From positions 3,472,911 through 3,536,910 of the forward strand of contig MU058531.1 in the NCBI GenBank assembly GCA_013265495.1: a stretch of DNA of 64,000 nucleotides. The letters are read 5' to 3'. The DNA comes from Vicugna vicugna (Eukaryota). Below the pieces are notes generated by a model. It searched no databases, was not told where the DNA came from, and saw only the letters and a program-made list of their open reading frames with translations. Positions 1-13,114 of this stretch are shown piece after piece (position 1 is the stretch's first letter; each line of letters opens with the position of its first letter). The position numbers were made by a program, and so were the translations under genes.

Positions 1-644
1 TACCCAGGGTCACACAGCTGGGAAGCAGAGGAGCTAGGGCTCAAACCAACACTCCAGAGCAACACTGGTAATAACTGTTCTGTATTGCCTCCCCTTCCCA
101 CTCTATACATGTAGGACTTTCCATGATTGCTTCTTTTTTTTTTTAAGTGGATGATGTAATAAGAGGTGATAGCCTAATTGTAACACGCACCCTGAGCACT
201 GCCGTATCCACCACCGCTTCACATTTCAGCATTTTCCAACAAGCACCTTGAATTCAGCTCATTCAGTATTGGTATGAGTGACAGCTGTTAGTCCAGATCG
301 TGGTAGAACCTGCAGGTATCTTTCTGATTCTTTGTGGACGGGGTGTTAGTGATAGTGAAGACAGCTCAGAGCTGCATTCTCAGAGCTCTTCACTTCTCAT
401 TTCTTCAGATGAGTTTGAGGACTTGGAACGAAGTGGCTGATAGCAGTGCTGAACGAGTACTTAATATAGACATAGCATTTATGTACGTTGGAGGTGAGCT
501 GCACGAGCCCTTGAGAGCAAGGACACGGTTTTCTCTCTGTATTCTTGGAAACTAGCACAGGGATGAGCACATAGAAGACAGACTGCAGGAGCTTAGTACA
601 TGCTTATTATATGGATCTATATCCATATTGATAGCTCATTAAGG

Positions 645-934
645 CAAGGGTCACAAACACATACACAGTGGTGACAAGATATTAGCCAGGTGTGCTCACT
701 AGAGCATAGAGGGGCTGGCACTAACTGGAGAGCTCATGCCCCATCTGATGAGGGAGAGGTCTAGCCACTTGACGCCACATGGGAATGCTCAGTGTTGCCA
801 GATTTTTCCATTTTTCAGATAATGCTGTAATTTCAGATATGTATATAAACTTTCCTAATTTTGAAACACTGTGTGTCAAATGAAGCAGGTCGTTTGGGTG
901 AACCTGGCCTAAGGCCAGCCAATTGTTGACCTGC
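645..934 (+). mobile_element. hAT-Charlie non-autonomous DNA transposon (MER102-like)
   Basis: Begins caagggtcacaaac, has internal tgggaatgctcagtgttgccagattttt, ends ggccagccaattgttgacctg; resembles the recalled consensus. Confidence 0.55.
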
Positions 935-1232
935 ATTGGACACTTGTTGGCACCTCTCTGTTACATTACAACAGTCCTAAAGGCCCGAGGAGGAAGGGGA
1001 ACCACAGAGTAAGGCAAAGATGGAGCACTGAAATGATAAAAGAAGCAAGACTTCAAGGAAGATGGGTGATAGTCTATTTCAGAGATTCCACAGAGGTCAA
1101 GGACATGAGAATAAGAAAAGGCCATTAGAGTTGAGCAAATTATTTGATACAATGCTACATTCACAGACTATGTTCTTTAAAAAAAAAATCTGTAGTCAAA
1201 TGATATGAGAAATATTCAAAACACTCAGTTAA

Positions 1233-1366
1233 GGGGGGAGAGTATAGCTCAGTGGTAGAGCACATGCTTAGCATGCACAAGGTTCTGGGTTCAACCCCCA
1301 GCACCTCCAATAAAAAAATTAAATAAATAAATAAACGAACAAACCAATTCCTCTCCTTAAAAAAAA
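1233..1366 (+). mobile_element. tRNA-derived SINE (camelid Vic-1-like) with A-rich tail and TSD
   Basis: ggggggagagtatagctcagtggtagag (A box), gggttcaaccccc (B box), then an (AAAT)n/poly-A tail. TSD aaaacactcagttaa (1218-1232) / aaaactctcagttaa (1367-1381). Confidence 0.88.
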
Positions 1367-3509
1367 AAAACTCTCAGTTAAACAAAATAAAATTTCTTTG
1401 TTCTGATCCTTTTAATTGTTAGTATTCTAATATATAATGTAAATCTTCGAAAGGAGAAGTACGTCCCTAGTTTTTCAGACTTCCATGATCAAGGAGTCTG
1501 TATTTCATGCAGTTCCTCTAGATCTAATGATGTGAGAAAGACACTTTGGGAAAGCTGAGTAAAGCACTGAGACACTGGGAATCTCTGAAAGCATGGTGTG
1601 GAAAGGAACACATTTGGTAATGCATGAGGCCATAACAGAGCAGCTGGGCGAGTAAAGAAAGTGGGTCAGCATATGGTAACTAGGAACCGTCAGCATAGCA
1701 ATCTTTGTAAAGTAAAGCCTTTTTAGCTTCATGCCTCTGGTGAAAACAAATAAAGAAAAGTGAAGTGTTTCCCACCTTTGACGGATTAAATACCTCTTTG
1801 CTTGACATTCAAGGCTCCGCTTTGTCAGGCCAACTGGCTTTCCAGTTTCCCAGCTATGTCCCTACACTCACTCTCTGCTCTTAACACCTGCTCTGCTCAC
1901 TGGCCTTAGGACACACTCACTGTTTTCCAGCCTCTTCACCCTTCCTTACCACTTGAGTTGCCTCGCCCCGCTGCCCCATTAAAGCTGTGCCTGTTTTCCA
2001 AGGCACAGCTCAAAACTTCTTTCTCTCCGAAGCCTTCTCTAACTATCAAACCTCACAGTGGGTTCTTTTCCCTGACCATCTAGACCATTTGCTTCGGAAG
2101 GACTTGTTTGAGACTTAGTGTGTTGGAGGTTGCCTCTGTGATTTGGAGCTGAGAGAAGAAAAGAATGCCCTGAGCCCTGCAGCTCTCCACCCGTTTGTCC
2201 TCACAATGCACCCAAATAAGGTTAGGATAAGATTATCCAGTAAGAGCAAGGGTATAACCCCATCCTGGTGAATTTCTTAGATGATGCTTTGTTGTTATAC
2301 AACCACCTGCTGTTCCTTGAGTCCGTTCTCTTCTTGCTCCGTAGTAATGGGCACCATTTCTAGACACTGGACTTAGCACTGTATGTGTGTTGTCTTGGTG
2401 AATCCCACAACATCTCTAAGAAGGGGCATTAATGACCTCTCTAGCTGGGCAAGACAGAACCAGGTTTACAGCCTCGCATACCTGACCTCAAAGCCTGGGC
2501 TCTTTCTGTCCCAGTGCACCATGTCCATGACCACACTGGCCACCAGGAATTTAATGACAGGGAACTAAAGCTAAAGAATTCACACTCTGCCTTCAAGTGG
2601 CAAGTGTACACCAGTAGGCAGAGGAAGGCAGATTCAAAATCTACTTAGGGTGTCAGCACAGTTTGAATATCACGGGAGTTCTGCCTACACTCCAGGGTCT
2701 CCTAAGGACCTAACACAGCTCAACAGGGGTCCTTTTGAGTGCCTGTGGGGGGAGGATTAAGGTGAGATTTGGAGTGTGCAACATCGTGGGAGCACATGTC
2801 TGGCCTGCAGGGCGTGCAAGGGACTTCTTTTTCTTATCTGCCCTGGCCACTTATTGGTGTCACCAGCGGCAATGACCTCCATTTCTTCCCTACTGTGAGC
2901 TTTTTGCTTATCTGTCTGTCTTCTGTATTAAACTGTTAACTCCTTGAGGAAAGAAGCTGTCCTGTTTACCCAGATCTGACACATAACTGGTATATAAACC
3001 CAAAATAACTATTTGTTCATTTAGTGAATGAATGACAAGTCAACCAAGGCAAGGTGATCAAGGTAGCACATGGAGACAACACAATTGTATAGTAAACCTT
3101 TATCCCACCACCAGAAAGCCAGGTTAACTCACTCCATATTCTCTCTCTTCCCTGTTGTTTATACACTACCCAGAAGGCTCTGGCTTCCCAGAGACCTTGA
3201 CAAAACCCCACACCTCCCAGAAATAATGTCAACCTTGTAAATTTCAGGCCTTGTCTTCTAAATTAGATTGTGAAATCCTGCAGCACAAGAGGTGCATGTT
3301 ACTCTTTGTACATGCCCCACCACCAGCTTTCAAGGCAGTGCCTCGCACAGAACAGATCTGTATAAATGCATGTTGAATGGTTGCATTGAAATGGATTGGA
3401 ATTATGGCTGGGAAGCTGTCCTAAGAATCCAATCTCCTTGAGATAATTCTTGGTGAATTCAGATGAGGACGGGGAGAGGAAATCAGGATAGTGGCAGAGA
3501 CAGAAGGTA

Positions 3510-3551
3510 GGAAGGAAGAAAGGAAGGAAGGAAGGAAGGAAGGAAGGAAGG
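3510..3551 (+). repeat. (GGAA)n microsatellite
   Basis: ggaaggaagaaaggaaggaaggaaggaaggaaggaaggaagg seen directly. Confidence 0.9.
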
Positions 3552-4151
3552 GAGAGTGGGCAGAATCTGTCAACTCATTGGATGTGGGAGATGAGGAAAG
3601 AGGAAGAGGAAAAAGGATTCAAAGCTTTGATCCAAGCTGATGGACTGAAGGATTATGCCCAAGAGAGAAACACAGAAGTTCTTCCTCGTAACCCTGTAGT
3701 CCTTGCTTCATTTAGAGCATGGAGAAACAATTCCTCATGAGTGTCAGTCTGAAGTGCTCCTGGGAGACAGACAGATCTGGGACCATCATTTAAAAGAGTC
3801 TAAAGGACAAAAAGGAAAAGTTTGCCCTCGTCCCTCTGCAGAAAAGTTTTGCTCTGCTGAGGAGGAGGAGAAATTTGAGCTGAATATATTTTTGGTTGGT
3901 ACAGCTTGTAAGTGCTCTGTTTGATAGCAGGGTTGTTTGAATGGCCTATTTCATAACCACACATAGCTTTCCCAAAGAAATGGTGTCTGTAGAATGTTCA
4001 GGTTAATACATGAGGCCAGTGTTCATGAGTGTTTGCACTTAAAGCAACTGAGCCTTCTTTCTTAATAAGTCATCTTGGCATTTTGTCAACAATTTAATTT
4101 GCTTTTCTAAGAAACTAGATTAATACTTCCTGTACTTTGTGCTACTCACAG

Positions 4152-4440
4152 ATCTACAATGCAGTGAGAAGAGGAGAGGAAAGAGAGGACACAATTGGAT
4201 CGCTTCTCCATTTCTTCACAAAGCTCCCAGCCTCCGAGACAGCCCCTGAGAGGATTAGCATTGGTCTGTGCTTAAAGCAATGTGTCCAAGGCACTGTCTG
4301 TGAGTACCGTGCCACCCTCCAAAGGACATCCATATCTCACTACATCACCGGCTCTCTCCTAGAAGCCACCACATCTTTAGGAGCAAGAAGTGGCCTTCTC
4401 AGTTCTTTTGGAGGATCCACCGGACGAATGATGCTGAAAG
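4152..4440 (+). CDS. PLCE1: PLCE1 internal coding exon (equivalent to human exon 3), 289 bp, starts phase 0, ends phase 1
   Basis: Translation [96 protein letters not shown] matches recalled mammalian PLCE1. Acceptor cttcctgtactttgtgctactcacag|ATC at 4151/4152; donor AAG|gtaatg at 4440/4441. Confidence 0.96.
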
Positions 4441-7399
4441 GTAATGTGTGAAATTTCACTTTTAACTTTTCATCTTTGAGTGCAGAAAAGAATCTAAGTT
4501 ACTGTTTATGCATCTCCTATGGAAAATTGAGTCCGCTTATCAGCATCTTTAAATAAAGCTAGCTGCTTTAAGAGAATATAAAGAGGTAGTCCTTTATCAA
4601 AATCTCTTAAGGTGTAAACATTCTGGATAATAAGCATTAAGATTTTGAAATTTCTTTTTCAAAAGAAGTAAATGGTTAAAAAGCTATCTTTAATTTTTTT
4701 TAATTATTCAGATAGATAGTTTCTGCTAATGTTAGTATGACAGATGTCAGTTACTGTGGTAAGAGACTAGTAAACAAATGTAGTCATGTGGTCACAATGA
4801 AAACCAACAGTTTCACTCAGAACAGAGTGGAAGATAGTTCTCCTTCCCACACAGAACTAGTAGGTTCATGTTGACCAGAAAAGCCAAAGTTCATCTTCCA
4901 GTGTCTCCCATCTTAAGACAAGATAGTCAGGCGTCCTGATGAAAAAATGAAAACCAATGGAAAATGGGGTCCCTCAGCATCAGAACTTCCCAGCTCCGTC
5001 CCACGAGTAGCAGACAGGCAGGTCAGAAATGGCAGTGCACCAGAGAGCCTTGGAGATCTGTGCCCTGCACAGCTGTCACTGCCCGCTGGGCAGCCTTCCC
5101 TGGCAGGAAGCTGCCAGCCAGACAGAGACCACGCAGAGCAGCGTTCCGCTGCCTTGGGGCTGCCAAGAGCTCAGTCTGACATCTGGACATTTCTCTCAAA
5201 GAGAGCAGCTCTTCTCCCTCCACAGCCAGCCCCAGACCCACAACCACCAAGACCATGACCTTCCTCCGTGGTCCTCAACCTCCCCCACCCCCTCCAACAC
5301 ACCTCTTGGGCAGTCCCTAAAGGAGGGACACATGGCTGCCATGTTGATTTGTTTTCTAGTCACCTTAACTTTCGTGGGTTAGTTATAAATGATGAATGAA
5401 GAAAAACACCAGATGTGGGAACACTAATCCAAGAGACTAAAGGGGAGAAACTTGATTGCATATGTGTTTCATGCATTTGGCATATGTTGTTAGAGCCGCT
5501 ACTAGGTGCTAAGTGCTGGGTAGGGAACAAAACATAGCCCTGCCCTCATGCAACTTGCAGTCCCTAGGCGGTAAGCAGTTCCCCCTATATACAGGATTCA
5601 AAATTTCTCTACTCTGATGAGGCTGCTGGTGGCTGCTAAACTTCTGTTCTCCATCAGTTCTCTTCCTGGGAATTTGGCCTGAGGTTGGCACGTGGAGTTG
5701 GCATTGCTTCGATGCTTGTGATTCTATGGGAGGACCTTATCCTGTGAGCTAATCAACCTGTGTTGATCAGAGAGCCAGTCTGTGCCCAGCAGCGTGGAGG
5801 TATTATGGGAGATCCTAATAAAGGGCAAGTCAATTTACTTACCTTTAGGTTATTTATGATCCTAATGAGGAGGCCAGATTTGCATGCACCAAGTATTCAA
5901 AGAATATGAGACTGCAGAGTTAAATGCCAAATAATGTGGCTCTAAGCATTCAAAGAGTCTGGAGAGAGAGTTAATGTTCTATGTGACAAATGGCTTGGGC
6001 TCAAACAAACAGAAGTCTACAAAAGCCATTTTGTTTCTTCTCCATAATTGCAAAGGAACCGATCTCCAAGCTCCCCAACTAAGGCAGGTTGCCTCCAGTC
6101 TTACACAGACCTTTGGGGAGGAAAAAGGAGACCACGGGTTAAGGTGTTTGTTGCCCTGATAGTAACTCGATTGCAACTGCTCTTTGCACTTCATTGTTCA
6201 GACTAGAACTTCCTAAATCAAAATTCCCACATCTGAGACTCACTGGACCATCAGCTAAGGTGTTAGCTTTAAACTGGGGTTTTATGCAAGAGTTAGGAGT
6301 TTCTTTAACTTTCTGTTTTGTAGCTGTTTAATGGCTTCTGATACCCCCTCTGTCAGTAGCTTCTCTTGAGAAATACAGTTAGCTTGTTGGCTTCAGTTCC
6401 AGGCTAACTTTTGTAGCTCTGACTTGCGCTCTTGGAAACATTTTTCAACTTCAATGCCCTCTCCTATGGGGTTTTCAAAGTCTGTACGTGTCATAGTGAA
6501 ACACGTGCTTCTTCAACATGCAGTGGAAGATAATGCGTCAGAAGAAACATGGCCATTCGAAGTCACGGAGCATTTATGGACACTGTAGGTTCAGGATTCT
6601 GCCTAGGTGGGTCCTGAGCGCTGTTGGCCACAGACTCAGCAGTGGGGCTGGAGGACTTGCAGGCTGCTGCGCCGCGGTTGTCGGCTTTTATTGTTCATTG
6701 TGTGTCCTGTGGCACCAAGTTGGCCAACAGCTCTGTGTCACTAACAGAAACCTATGGGAAATCCCGTTTATTAATGACTGGTGTTCCCCAAGTTCATTTC
6801 TCAGGAGCTATGTGGAATTTAGAACACTTTCCCGGAGAAGCAGTATTAAATGTTGTGATTTGGCTCCTAGTTTCTAGTCCTCAAAAACCTCCTGAAGCCA
6901 TAACACCATTGAAATCTACACATTTCCCTTGGAACAAAGAGAAAAACACTGTTCTTAGAATACAGAGAGTCAGCCTCCAGGATAAAAGCAATACAAGTGA
7001 GTTAAAAGACATTTCTTGTTGAGAGGAAACAATTTTAATTAAGATGAGTAGAGAATTAAACTGAAACTTTTATGAAGATTTTGAAAAGAACTTTGAGCCA
7101 TTTCAGAGATTTTAGATGTTGGCATCTTTTGTTATGGTTAATTACATTTCGAAACTCATGTCTAATATGAAAGATTCAGAAAATTGTTATCACAGTAACT
7201 TTTTTTTCATTTTTCTTTTTTTTTTTAAATAGGAGGCTTATAAATGGAATGAAGAAGGGAAGAGGGAGGCAGGGCAGGGTTTAAATTTTTTTCCCAGAGG
7301 ATATGGGTAAGGAAGAGGGTCAAAAAGAATGACTTATTCCATGAGAGAGAGCATGAAATGGATTAAATGGAGTGGGAAAAGGTGGAGAAACAGAAGAAG

Positions 7400-7700
7400 G
7401 GAAAAAGACAGATACTGTATGATTCATTTTACATGGGGTGCTTAGAATAGTCAAAATCATAGAGACAAAGTAGAAGTGTGGTTGCTAGGGGCTGATCGCG
7501 GAGGGGATGGGCAGTTACTGTTAATTGGTCCAAACTTTCAGTTTTGCAGGATGAAAAGAGTTCTGGGGATGGATGGTGGTGATGGTTGCACAACAATATG
7601 AATGTACTTGATACCACTGAAATCTACACTTAAAAATGGTTAAGATGCTAAATTCCATTACGTGTATTTTACCACACACGCACACACACACATTCACGCA
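7400..7700 (+). mobile_element. Old L1 (L1MB-like) 3' end followed by (CA)n
   Basis: Typical L1M 3'UTR motifs: atagagacaaagtagaagtgtggttgctagggg, gatggtggtgatggttgcacaacaatatgaatgtactt, aaaatggttaagatg, tattttaccaca. Confidence 0.85.
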
Positions 7701-9174
7701 CAAGAATCAAAGAATTTTAGAAAGAGGAGAAACATGTTATGTAGGCCTTTGGTCCCAGGTCTATTAAGATGTTAGAAAGAACAGAGTTTATGAAAAAGAA
7801 ATACGAACACAGTTTTTCATGTGACCTCCAGGTGCCCCAAGTCAACTTGTCTCCTGGAAGTGGTTATGATTATAAGATCTTACACTTTCCATCCAAGTCC
7901 CCTTCTCCCCCTCCCCATTACCTTGCTAGAATCTCAGCAACTCTGTATACTGGTGGCAGCAAAAAGAATTATTGGCTTCAATAATCAGGAAAACGTTTTC
8001 TAAATCCATCCCCTGCTTGTTTCTTTTTTCTCAATGGACTCCCTACTAAAACTTATAAAACCAAATAAAGTAAAAAGGGAGAGAAAGGAGTGAGATAATT
8101 GATAGTAAGGTAAAGCACTGAAATAGCAAAAGTGAAAAGATAAACAGTGATAAGAAAGAGAATTTTTCAACCTAAGGCAGCTAGGTGTTTTCAAATGTGC
8201 ATATTGTTTCAGCCAATATGATGAATTTAGTACATTAAGCTCAATTTTTCCTTCTCAAATTGCTGCTAAGTAAGTTTGTAAATTAAAGGATGAAATTTTT
8301 ACATATAACCTGGACAAAGCTTAGTTACTCATATTTAAATTATGTGGTAGAAAAGAAAACTCCGGTGTTCATTTTTAACCAGTTTGGATGTGTGTATGTG
8401 TATGTATAGAGTAACTATATTAAAGTTACTGGTCATATATAGACAATAAATAGAATATTAATATTATGTAGTATTCTTATTTGAAAATGGGGACTATTTT
8501 GTTTTTGATAGAAAGGTCTAATAAAATTTCAACATATTTTCTTCCACTGCAATAAGTATATTCTATTTGTGTCTTTTTCTAAAGTGAATACCTTTGAGTA
8601 TAAAAATAACAAGTCCTAATGGAATACGCACACATGAACTATGTGACTGTACCTCGTAAATAATTTAGTTTATTAAGGCTGTCTTGGTTAACTTCCTCGT
8701 AATCAAAACAATTACCCTTTACATGCCTGCCAGGCAGGGGAAGGTATATGCATAGTTCTAATTCCAAGATTTAAGTTTATTTAAAGAAATCCTCTGACTT
8801 ACTAGTTTCGTGGCCTTGAAATTATTTTTTTGATGGTTAAAGTATGCTTTAGTGTAACTTGAGGTATGTTTTTGTACAGTTAATCAACTAAAAAGTATTC
8901 GTTCGATGCCCACTGTAACCTAGGGCTGTGTCACCTTTGGGAAGAATGCAAAAAAAAAAATCACATCTGGAAGTCTTCAACTCGTAAAATAATATTCCTC
9001 ACTCCAGAGAAAATGTAGTATTAGGTTTCAGGCTTATTGAGGTAGCCCTTACTACTCCCAAGAGAGTCATTAAGTGCTTGGCTGCTCAGCTGATGGTAGG
9101 AGCTGTTGCTTGTGGGGCCAGGAAATTTGGTGGGCACAGAACAAAAGCCCTCTGCCTTGGGACCACGGGTGGTC

Positions 9175-9318
9175 AGATGTCATCCAGGAGTGTGACTCTA
9201 TGCCCAGATGTGACCTTGGAGTGCAGCTCCATACCTAAGGTATGACTAGGAATGTGACTTCATGCCTAGTGTGACCTAAATATGCTCAGGTGTGACTGAG
9301 GAGTGGGACTCCACACCC
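9175..9318. repeat. Degenerate ~31-bp tandem repeat, 4 full units plus 1 partial
   Basis: Units start at 9175, 9206, 9237, 9268 (20-bp partial) and 9288; approximate consensus AGRTGTGACYNAGGAGTGTGACTCCATGCCY. Confidence 0.75.
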
Positions 9319-9842
9319 CTGCTTGTAACCAGGGAGAGCTTCTTCAAAGTGCCAGTGGAGGGTGAAATCACCTACCTCAAATATTACTGGAGACACAGTG
9401 CTTCTTGAGTCAAAACAATTATGTATATTTTGCCAGGGAAGGAGGATCCAGCAGAGGAATTACATTAAAAAAAATTTTTTTTTCAAGATGACATCCTCAT
9501 TACTATTATCTCTGAAATTTTAAACTCTTCAGTCTCTAAAGGGAAAGATGGATACAGGGGAGGATTAGCATTAGGTAGAATCATAGTAATCCTTGTGAAC
9601 GTGTTTTAGTTTTTGCTGGGTGCCAGGTGTTACTCCGAGTGTTTTACAGGTGTAAACCTTTCAGTGGTCCAATGAGGGAGGTACTGTTTGCTAGTGAGGA
9701 AACCGAGGCCCAGAGACATGAAGAAACTTGCACAGGCAGTCAGTGGTAGAGTCACTGCTTGAACCCAGGCAGCCTGTTGAGCACTTACTGTGTTTCAGGC
9801 AATGCACCGAGCCCCCTTATCTGCACTATTTCATTTAGTCCT

Positions 9843-10295
9843 TGTTGTGAGTCGACTTGTGTCCCCCCAAAAAGTGTATTGAAGTCCTAACCCCCAGCAC
9901 CTATGAATGTGACCTTATTTGGAAATAAGGTCTCTGCAGATGTAGTCGAGTTAAGATGAAGTCGTTTTCCATTCAAGTGGGCCCTAAACCCAGTGACTGG
10001 TTTTCCTTATCAGGAAAGAGACATGGAGACAGGCCATGTTGGGGTGAACAGGCTGTGGTAATGGAGGCAGAGATTGGAATGATGCAACTGCAAACCAAGG
10101 GATGTCAGGGGCTGCCGGCCACCGCCAGCATCCAGGAAGAGGCTGGGAAAGATTCTGGCCAGAGACTCAGAAGGAGCATGGTCCTACCAACAGCTTGATT
10201 TGGGACTTCTAGCTTCTAGAACTGAGAATACGGTTCCGTTGTTTTAAACCATCCCAGTGATAGTAATTTGTTAAGGCAGCACTAGGCAAGTGACA
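9843..10295 (+). mobile_element. MaLR solo LTR (MLT1B/C-like) inserted into a MIR
   Basis: TG...CA ends; tgtgaccttatttggaaataaggtctctgcagatgt and atggaggcagagattgga motifs; 5-bp TSD gtcct/gtctt. Minus-strand MIR sequence continues on both sides. Confidence 0.88.
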
Positions 10296-11039
10296 GTCTT
10301 TTTGACAGTCCTGTAAAGAAAAAATCATTAGCACCAGGAAACTGAAACTCACAGACGTTAAATGACTTGTCCAAGGTCACGTGACTAGTAAGTGTGTGCC
10401 TCCAAGCCAGATCAAGCGTCTCCGGTGCCTTTCGTCACAGCTGGGATGGAGACACATTTGCAGTTCTCCAATGGCCATTTCTGCTTTGTTTTAGTTGTTT
10501 TTGGATTTTTCTGGTTCCAAGTTCTAATGCTCATCATCCTCTCCCATGCACACCTTGCCTGGCACAGAATCAGGCACAGAACAGACAGTTCATAAACCTT
10601 CGTGGATTCGAGTGATGGGTATGTTCACAGAATCAGGGAACATGTCATCATCACTCTTTGTGATACTTAATTGAATGAGACAATTCTCAAACCAAAGAAA
10701 GAAAACAGTAATTTGCGTTGTACATTGTACTAACATTATCAAACTCATCCAAAATAAAAATGGAAATATATTCAGGCGGTTTCCAAGCTGGCACAAAACC
10801 TATTTTCAGTGTCTCAAAAGCTGTTGTCAGCGTCAGGGCCCTGGAATGGCTGCACGGTTATCTCTGGGACCTTCCTTACTTCCTGTCTGAACTCCTGTCC
10901 ACTCCTTCTCAGGCACCTGCTGCCTTAGGGGGTCCACAGCCCCCCTAACTCTACCTGCCCATTCACTCCTCACTCACTACCCTGTACGCAGTCTCCTGTT
11001 CTCTCTGCAGTGGCTCCCAGCTGGGCTTTGTGAGGAGAG

Positions 11040-11620
11040 TGACGTGATGGATTGGAATACAGACCTAGAGTTTTGACTGATGAGGGAAACTCCCCCAGGA
11101 GGGCCAGGGACAGATGGAGGAGCTGATGGTAACTAACAGAGGGAACAGGGCACCCGGATGCAAAGGCCTGAGACAGAAGAAGGCACGGTATGCTGGTCTA
11201 CCAGGCTGTTCTGGCCAAAGCTTGGGGAGTACAGGGAGTAAGTAGGAAGGCATGGGGCTGGGGCTGGGGGAGAAAACAGGTCTCCAGGGGCTGTATTTCA
11301 TGATGAAGAGCTTGGGTTTTACCTTGTAAGTAATGAGAGACACTGAAGGGTTCTAAGGAAGCATCTGATGTGATCAGATTGGGTTTTTAGAAAGATCCGT
11401 CTGGTTGCAGTATGCGGTGAGACTGCTCAGAGTGCCATCCTTAGCCCACCTGCATCCGAATCGCCCAGCCAGAGAGATCAAAACGTACCTTTCTGTGCTT
11501 CATTCCCAAACCTACCGAATTAAGAGTCTCTGATGCTTCAGGTGAGCATGTGTGTTGTGGAAGGTGGATGGAGGGAAAGTGCAGTGAGAACTGGAGGCAT
11601 TTAGGAGGCTGTTATTAAGG
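11040..11620 (-). mobile_element. L2 LINE fragments
   Basis: gcaaaggcctgagacagaa, gggttttaccttgtaagtaatgagagacactgaagggttctaagg and gatcagattgggtttttagaaagatc are typical minus-strand L2 motifs. Confidence 0.65.
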
Positions 11621-11689
11621 CAGTGTTCCTGGTCGGGTGCTGCTGGCACATTAAGCAATCGGTAAAAATTACAAAAAGGTCCCCCTCCC

Positions 11690-11820
11690 TACTCTCTGCG
11701 GGGTGATGCAGCCTCATATGCACACATATCACTTAGTGCACAGCATGCAGGCTGGATACCAGACTTCTCCTTCACCTGAGTAAGGACCTTTGTGCAGTGT
11801 GCAAACTGTTCACTGTACCA
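11690..11820 (+). mobile_element. hAT-Tip100 MER91-like fragment
   Basis: aggctggataccagacttctcc...ctttgtgcagtgtgcaaactgttcactgtac resembles recalled MER91. Confidence 0.45.
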
Positions 11821-13114
11821 AAAAGTCTAAATCCTTGGGAAGGAGCAGAGTGGTGTAAGTAAGAGGTAGAATTAATAGAATGTGAAGATTAATTGGATAC
11901 TGGGGCAGGGGGGAAGGGAGCCGAATCTAAGATGACTATTAATTTTTTCTTTAAAAAAATCATTTCAAATCTTTCCAATGTATTATTAAAGGGTTAAAAA
12001 TTAATAGGCTTGTTGGATCATATGCCCATCCCTGCTGCCCATCACTTTAAGAAATCAGGAAGTTAAGGCTTGCTTAAATACTGATCATTGAACTCAGAAA
12101 GATGATTGGTGAGGACAGCAACCCCAGTCAGTCCCTTGGGGTTCCCATATTTGAGCTGATCATGAAAAACATCAAGTCCTAGTTACAAAAACTCAGAGGG
12201 GGCCTTATTCCTGAAGATCATTTGCAAGATAGTTATTTGAAACTCTGTACCTAAAGGAACAACAGAGATTAGATTCCAAGCTTTCCCCCAAAAGCTTGCT
12301 TAAGACATAAAAAACTGAACTCATGACTGTTTAAAATAAAAAAGTCCTAAAAGATGATTTTTCAATGTCTGTAAGTAAATGCTCCCCCAGAACAAATTTA
12401 CTTTGGGCTAAGAAATTGTTGCATTTGTCCCAAAAGAGGCAGGTTTAGAGAAGGCTAAAGAGCAGATGGATAACCTTGAGGAGGGGTGCAGGGTTAAGAA
12501 ATACATTTACATTGAAGTGTAAAGAGAGAGGATTAAGAATGGTATTTAAAGCTGAAACAATCAGTTACCGATAGAAAAATAAAACTAAAAAAATAAAACT
12601 TATAATAACGGGGAGAATGGGCCAAACTCCTCCTTTCATCAAGGTGATTAAATACAGTTTTTTTGAAAAGGAAGGGAAGATATATTTTTAAAATGGGATG
12701 AAATTTTTTTTAGAGTTAGGAGTTAACTGCCAAAGAATAGACCCAGAATCATGCAAAAATGGTTATCTCCGAGAGAGGCCTTTCACTTGTCACCTCCTAC
12801 CCATCTGTGCTGTTTGAGTGTTAATTTCCATGTGCACATACTACGTGAATAATCTCTTAAAAGAGACATTTGCAGCCTATGTGAAGACTCATGGACTCAA
12901 ACCCCTCATTTCCAATACTGTTATTTTCAGCAGCCATAATGAAATGTGGTCTCACATTCAAATGAGAAGGGGGACAGAGCTTTGTTGAAGTAAGTGGAGA
13001 GAGAGGCTCAGGATGAATAAGACAAGTATTAACTGGGCTCTCTTTGTCCTGTAGGACTGTCAGTTCTGAGCTGCTTCATGGTTAAAAGAAATTGAATGGA
13101 AACTTCATTCCATC

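Noticed and set aside
1233..1309. Possible functional tRNA gene
   Set aside because: It is followed by an A-rich SINE tail and flanked by a TSD, with no oligo-T terminator; a SINE fits better.
4947..5382. Cluster of overlapping 70-117 aa ORFs downstream of the PLCE1 exon
   Set aside because: Locally GC-rich sequence is open on both strands. There is no recognisable protein, and PLCE1 is already continuous without it.
6283..7022. ORFs of 119 and 132 aa, plus a protein-looking minus-strand frame (MTRTDFENPIGEG...)
   Set aside because: No recognisable homology, an internal stop in the minus frame, and no poly-A or TSD, so a pseudogene cannot be supported. TBLASTX would settle it.
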